64,000 bases of DNA from Macrostomum hystrix (taxonomy: Eukaryota > Animalia > Platyhelminthes), in the NCBI GenBank assembly GCA_950097015.1, contig CATNEN010000012.1, positions 1,984,001-2,048,000 of the forward strand. Direction: 5' to 3'. The notes under the pieces are model-generated. The model was given only the letters and a program-made list of their open reading frames with translations. It had not been told where the DNA came from and did not search any database. Both the position numbers and the translations under genes were made by a program. Below are positions 59,301 to 64,000 of this stretch, piece by piece (within the stretch, counting starts at the first letter, position 1; the number at the start of each line of letters is the position of its first letter).

Positions 59301-59637
59301 AGAGAGAATGTCTGAATCTTAAACTTACAGTTATCGTCTGCAGAATCATTAGTCGACGCCCCAACAGATGTGCCAGTGTCCGAAGAAACGGTTAATGAAT
59401 AAAAAGCGTCCTGCGCCATCGCGCCTAGGCTTCACGGTTTGCGATAACCGACCGCCCACACAAACTTGCGTGCGGGATTTGCCTAGCAATCAAATAACAG
59501 CTATGAAAGCTTCTCATGCCTCAGGCGCGCACAGTGACAACGCCGCACCTGTGCTTCGCTGCATGTCTGAAAAATAGTTAATAATTATTCGCTTTTTTGT
59601 GTCCCTTTATAAGCCACACATCCTTGGACCGAAGATG

Positions 59638-60482
59638 GACACTGCTCAAACTGAAGATCAGAGGACACTGCTCAAACTGAAGATCAGAGGACACTGCTCA
59701 AACTGAAGATCAGAGGACACTGCTCAAACTGAAGATCAGAATACACTGCTCAAACTGAAGATCAGAGGACACTGCTCAAACTGAAGATCAGAGGACACTG
59801 CTCAAACTGAAGATCAGAGGACACTGCTCAAACTGAAGATCAGAATACACTGCTCAAACTGAAGATCAGAGGACACTGCTCAAACTGAAGATCAGAATAC
59901 ACTGCTCAAACTGAAGATCAGAATACACTGCTCAAACAAAAGATCAGAATTCACTGCTCAAACTAAAGATCAGAGGACACTGCTCAAACTGAAGATCAGA
60001 ATACACTGCTCAAACTAAAGATCAGAATTCACTGCTCAAACTGAAGATCAGAGGACACGGCACAAACTGAAGAACAGAGGACACTGCTCAAACTGAAGAT
60101 CAGAGGACACTGCTCAAACTGAAGATCAGAATACACTGCTCAAACTAAAGATCAGAATTCACTGCTCAAACTAAAGATCAGAGGACACTGCTCAAACTGA
60201 AGATCAGAATACACTGCTCAAACTAAAGATCAGAATTCACTGCTCAAACTAAAGATCAGAGGACACTGCTCAAACTGAAGATCAGAATACACTGCTCAAA
60301 CTGAAGATCAGAGGACACTGCTCAAACTGAAGATCAGAGGACACTGCTAAAACTGGAGATCAGAATACACTGCTCAAACTAAAGATCAGAGTACACTGCT
60401 CAAACTGAAGATCAGAGGACACTGCTCAAACTGAAGAGCAGAGGACACTGCTGAAACTGAAGATCAGAGGACACTGCTAAAC
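59638..60482. repeat. 26-bp minisatellite (GACACTGCTCAAACTGAAGATCAGAG)n, homologous to the 27-mer
   Basis: Direct inspection. Confidence 0.95.
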
Positions 60483-60795
60483 CTAGAAATTACTTATAGA
60501 TAGGATAGAGACAAAGAGACAATTCTCAGACTGTTTCTTCAAAAAATGACTAAAAAGACAACAAATTTCATTGCAACAGACAAAAAGACAATCTTGAAGA
60601 TCAATTTCGGCTTTTTTACTTAACAGAGAAACCCAAAACTCAATACCAAGGCCAATAATTACCAACCGCAGCAAGTACTTAACAATAGATCCTTTCGCTG
60701 TAAACAGAACAGCAAGTTGAAATAGCAAATACGAAAAATGCCCAAGTTAAACGCAAAGTACTACTGTCAGTAGAGTGGTCAGCCATTTCGCACAG

Positions 60796-63700
60796 TCATC
60801 GCTTAGACTTTCGAATCCGTTTCAGCAGGGCGTCTCGGAACGCAATTTGTTTGTCTCGAAAACTTCTGCCGCCAGTTTTGCCCCTGGCTTTGTGCTTGAC
60901 CATTGAGAAGGCCTTGGATTTGCGCTTCTCCGAATTCGTACTACTGGCGTGCGGATTCATTCGCCTAATTTGGAAGCCGTACTTCTTCGCGTCGGGGTCG
61001 CCTTTCCGACCTTCGGCCGCGGCTTCCATTCGTTCGGTGCGCGACATCTTCGGCCGCTTCACCAGCCGGGTGATGTCAGACAGCTGCGCTAGGCCCGACG
61101 GATGCTCGGAGGTCGCGGCGTCCACTTCAATACTGTCTTCATCCCGACAGTCGCCAGATTGCTCTTTGTCGGCGATGGCGGCCTCAGCTAGACGGCGCTT
61201 TCTGCCGGTGCTGGTGGCCTGAATACGCTTCAGCGCCTGGGCCCGTTCCACACGTTTGAAGTCGCTCTGCGACAGAATGCGAGTCGAGGCCACGGCCTGG
61301 GCGCGCAGGCGGGCCTCCTGCGGATCCAACGCCGCCGCCGATTTGCCACCTGACTCTTCTTCGCCGTCAGACTGCGGAATGTTGACCCATTCTCCGCTGT
61401 CGTCGCTATCGATGTCCTCCTCCTCTTCGTCTTCCCAGTAGCTGTCGCTTTTGTCACCAGCCGCTAGTTTGTCATCGGCCTCGAGTTCTAGAGTTTCAGC
61501 GCCAGGCAGGTAGTCCTTGGCAACCGACTGGCCAAACTGGGCCAATGCAGCGCTGCCGGCACCGGCCGCCTCTGCCTGTGTGCGTGGGCGAAGCACTTTA
61601 TCAGTAAAAATATTTATTCAAATTTTACATATATTACTACACAATATATAAAACAGATTTCTAGTTAAGATAATGTAGATAATCTTATTTGATCTGATTT
61701 GATTTGAGTGCTCACAACTCTGAGTATCTGATTTGAGTTCTCACACATCTGAGTATCTGATTTGAGTTCTCACACATCTGAGTATCTGATTTGAGTTCTC
61801 ACACATCTGAGTATCTGATTTGAGTTCTCACAACTCTGAGTGTCTGATTTGAGTGCTCACAACTCTGAGTGTCTGATTTGAGTGCTCACAACTCTGAGTG
61901 TCTGATTTGAGTTCTCACACAAATTCTGAGTGTCTGATTTGAGTTCTCACACAAATACTGAGTGTCTGATTTGAGTTCTCACACATCTGAGTATCTGATT
62001 TGAGTTCTCACAACTCTGAGTATCTGATTTGAGTTCTCACACATCTGAGTATCTGATTTGAGTTCTCACAACTCTGAGTATCTGATTTGAGTTCTCACAC
62101 ATCTGAGTATCTGATTTGAGTGCTCACAACTCTGAGTGTCTGATTTGAGTTCTCACACAAATTCTGAGTGTCTGATTTGAGTTCTCACACATCTGAGTAT
62201 CTGATTTGAGTTCTCACAACTCTGAGTATCTGATTTGAGTTCTCACACATCTGAGTATCTGATTTGAGTGCTCACAACTCTGAGTGTCTGATTTGAGTTC
62301 TCACACAAATTCTGAGTGTCTGATTTGAGTTCTCACACATCTGAGTATCTGATTTGAGTTCTCACAACTCTGAGTATCTGATTTGAGTTCTCACAACTCT
62401 GAGTATCTGATTTGAGTTCTCACAACTCTGAGTATCTGATTTGAGTTCTCACAACTCTGAGTATCTGGTTTAAGTTCTCACAACTCTGAGTGTCTGATTT
62501 GAGTTCTCACAACTCGTCTCAGATTTAAGCTCTCACACCTCAACTATAGAATCAGATTTAAGTACTCACACCCATACTAGAGAATCTGATTTGAGTACTG
62601 ACATCTCTGCTAAAGAAGAGGCACATAAATTATTCAAATGCTAGATAGACTCACCTGCGCGGCATTAGGCCTACCCCGGTCGCGTTTATGCAGCAAAGCC
62701 GGATTGGCCTCTCTAAACAGCTGCACCAGACTCTTAGCCGCGCTGGTGACATTCTTATCCCTATAGGAGCGGTACTGAACCAGGTCGCCCAGCAGTTCCT
62801 CGGTCACAGCGTAGGGCGCCCTGGCGCAGATTTCCCTGATAGAATTCAGGCCCACAGCGATGGCCTCGGCGCTAGCCCGGTCGGTGACAAAATTGTCGGC
62901 TATTGTGCGCACCAGCGGCTCCAAGCAGTCGGGCGGAGCCAAACTATGCGACGCCTGGGCTGCGAATAGCAACAGGCGAGTGACCTCCGGTTGCCTTGGC
63001 GACAGATAACGCTGCAGCAACGGATAGAGGCCAAGCACCTGAAGTTTGTGCACGCCAACTAGGCGCGAGCACAGGTCCAGCATTAGCAGGCGTATTTCGA
63101 ATGGCTCACTGGTGGTTTCAACCTGAGCAATTTCGGTGAGGTTGGGGGATTAAAATAAAAATAAACTAGTTTACGAATAAAAAACTTATGGTGCCACTCA
63201 AAGTAGCGTATATAGGACAGCATCACCAACAATCGAATTATTAATATAAATATATCAAGTATCTTCCCTTTACTGCCGCTATTAGTAGAGTAGGTAGGTC
63301 GGACCTTCAAGGGCTACAATAGCTGGAAATAGGCCACTATGGACATCCTGACGCGAATTTCTCCTATTTCACTAGGACACCATCGCCTAGTCTGTCAACC
63401 AATCAGTCTCCACCCAACGCTGTTAGCATTCGGGCGCTGCCAAAAATGTTCAGGGCCCCCACTATGTATAGAAACTGGCTGCAAAATGGCTTGGTAGTCC
63501 AACTGTTAATGTTGTCCCATCAATTGAATTTGGTTTCCTTGTCCAATTACCTTGTTATATTTTCCCTATGCTTTGAAACACCCATTTTTATCCCATAGTT
63601 TGAAGCCAGTGAACTCAAGCCACTCCAATATGATCTTCAATGAAGAAATCAATCTCACCTGTTTCAGCAGTCGTTCAGCGAAAGTCTGCGGATCGTGCAG

Positions 63701-64000
63701 CAAGTGCAGCGCGGCAGTGTCGAAGGCATCGACACGGCGCTTCTTTTTCTTGTGCTTCTTCAGGGCCTGCAATTGTCGCTCCAGCCTCTTCTTGCGCTTG
63801 TTAGTCTTCGGGCCGACTCGGTGGGCCAGCATGGCGCTCTTCGACTCGCGCTTGTAGGTCTCGTCGTCGATGTCAGAGTCGTCATCCGAGCTGTCCTTGT
63901 CGCCACCACCTTCGCCGGTAGCGGATGAGCAGAAGAATCTCAGGCCGGTGACAAGAATTTTAGTAACCTTCGAGAAGCAGCACATGCCGATGAAGTTAAC
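60796..64000 (-). CDS. SDAD1: SDA1 homolog (60S biogenesis), 3' part; exons >64000-63659, 63122-62655, 61575-60796
   Basis: ALHLLHDPQTFAERLLKQ|VETTSEPFEIRLLMLDLCSRLVGVHKL, FVTDRASAEAIAVGLNSIREICAR, DLVQYRSYRDKNVTSAAKSLVQLFRE, acidic tract, RILSQSDF, STNSEKRKSKAFSM, RSFRDKQIAFRDALLK; phase-0 GT-AG introns. Confidence 0.95.
61690..62600. repeat. 29-31-bp minisatellite (TCTGATTTGAGTTCTCACAACTCTGAGTA)n, SDAD1 intron
   Basis: Direct inspection. Confidence 0.95.
63303..63456. mobile_element. Degenerate inverted copy of the 14376-14546 MITE-like element, SDAD1 intron
   Basis: GCGAATTTCTCCTATTTC and TAGTCTGTCAA match the reverse complement of the 14376 element. Confidence 0.5.

Overview
Eukaryotic (metazoan) genomic DNA with GT-AG introns, GC-rich exons and introns/intergenic DNA packed with many different minisatellites. 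This style suggests the flatworm Macrostomum lignano, but that is an inference. Gene models reconstructed by hand from splice sites and reading phase: a complete nicotinic acetylcholine receptor alpha subunit (+, 4976-13416); on the minus strand OSTM1 (14824-16168), an orphan 151-aa ORF (18964-19419), PDCD2L (20337-22191, with a +1 frameshift in a T6 run), a ~28-kb DLG5 (29153-57045), the 3' part of SDAD1 (60796 to the window end), and a first exon of an unidentified gene (964-1276). Most long ORFs in the supplied track are translations of tandem repeats or antisense shadows of GC-rich exons. Two tRNA-derived SINE families and one MITE-like family are recognisable from copies inside the window. 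No CRISPR array, rRNA or intact tRNA gene was found.
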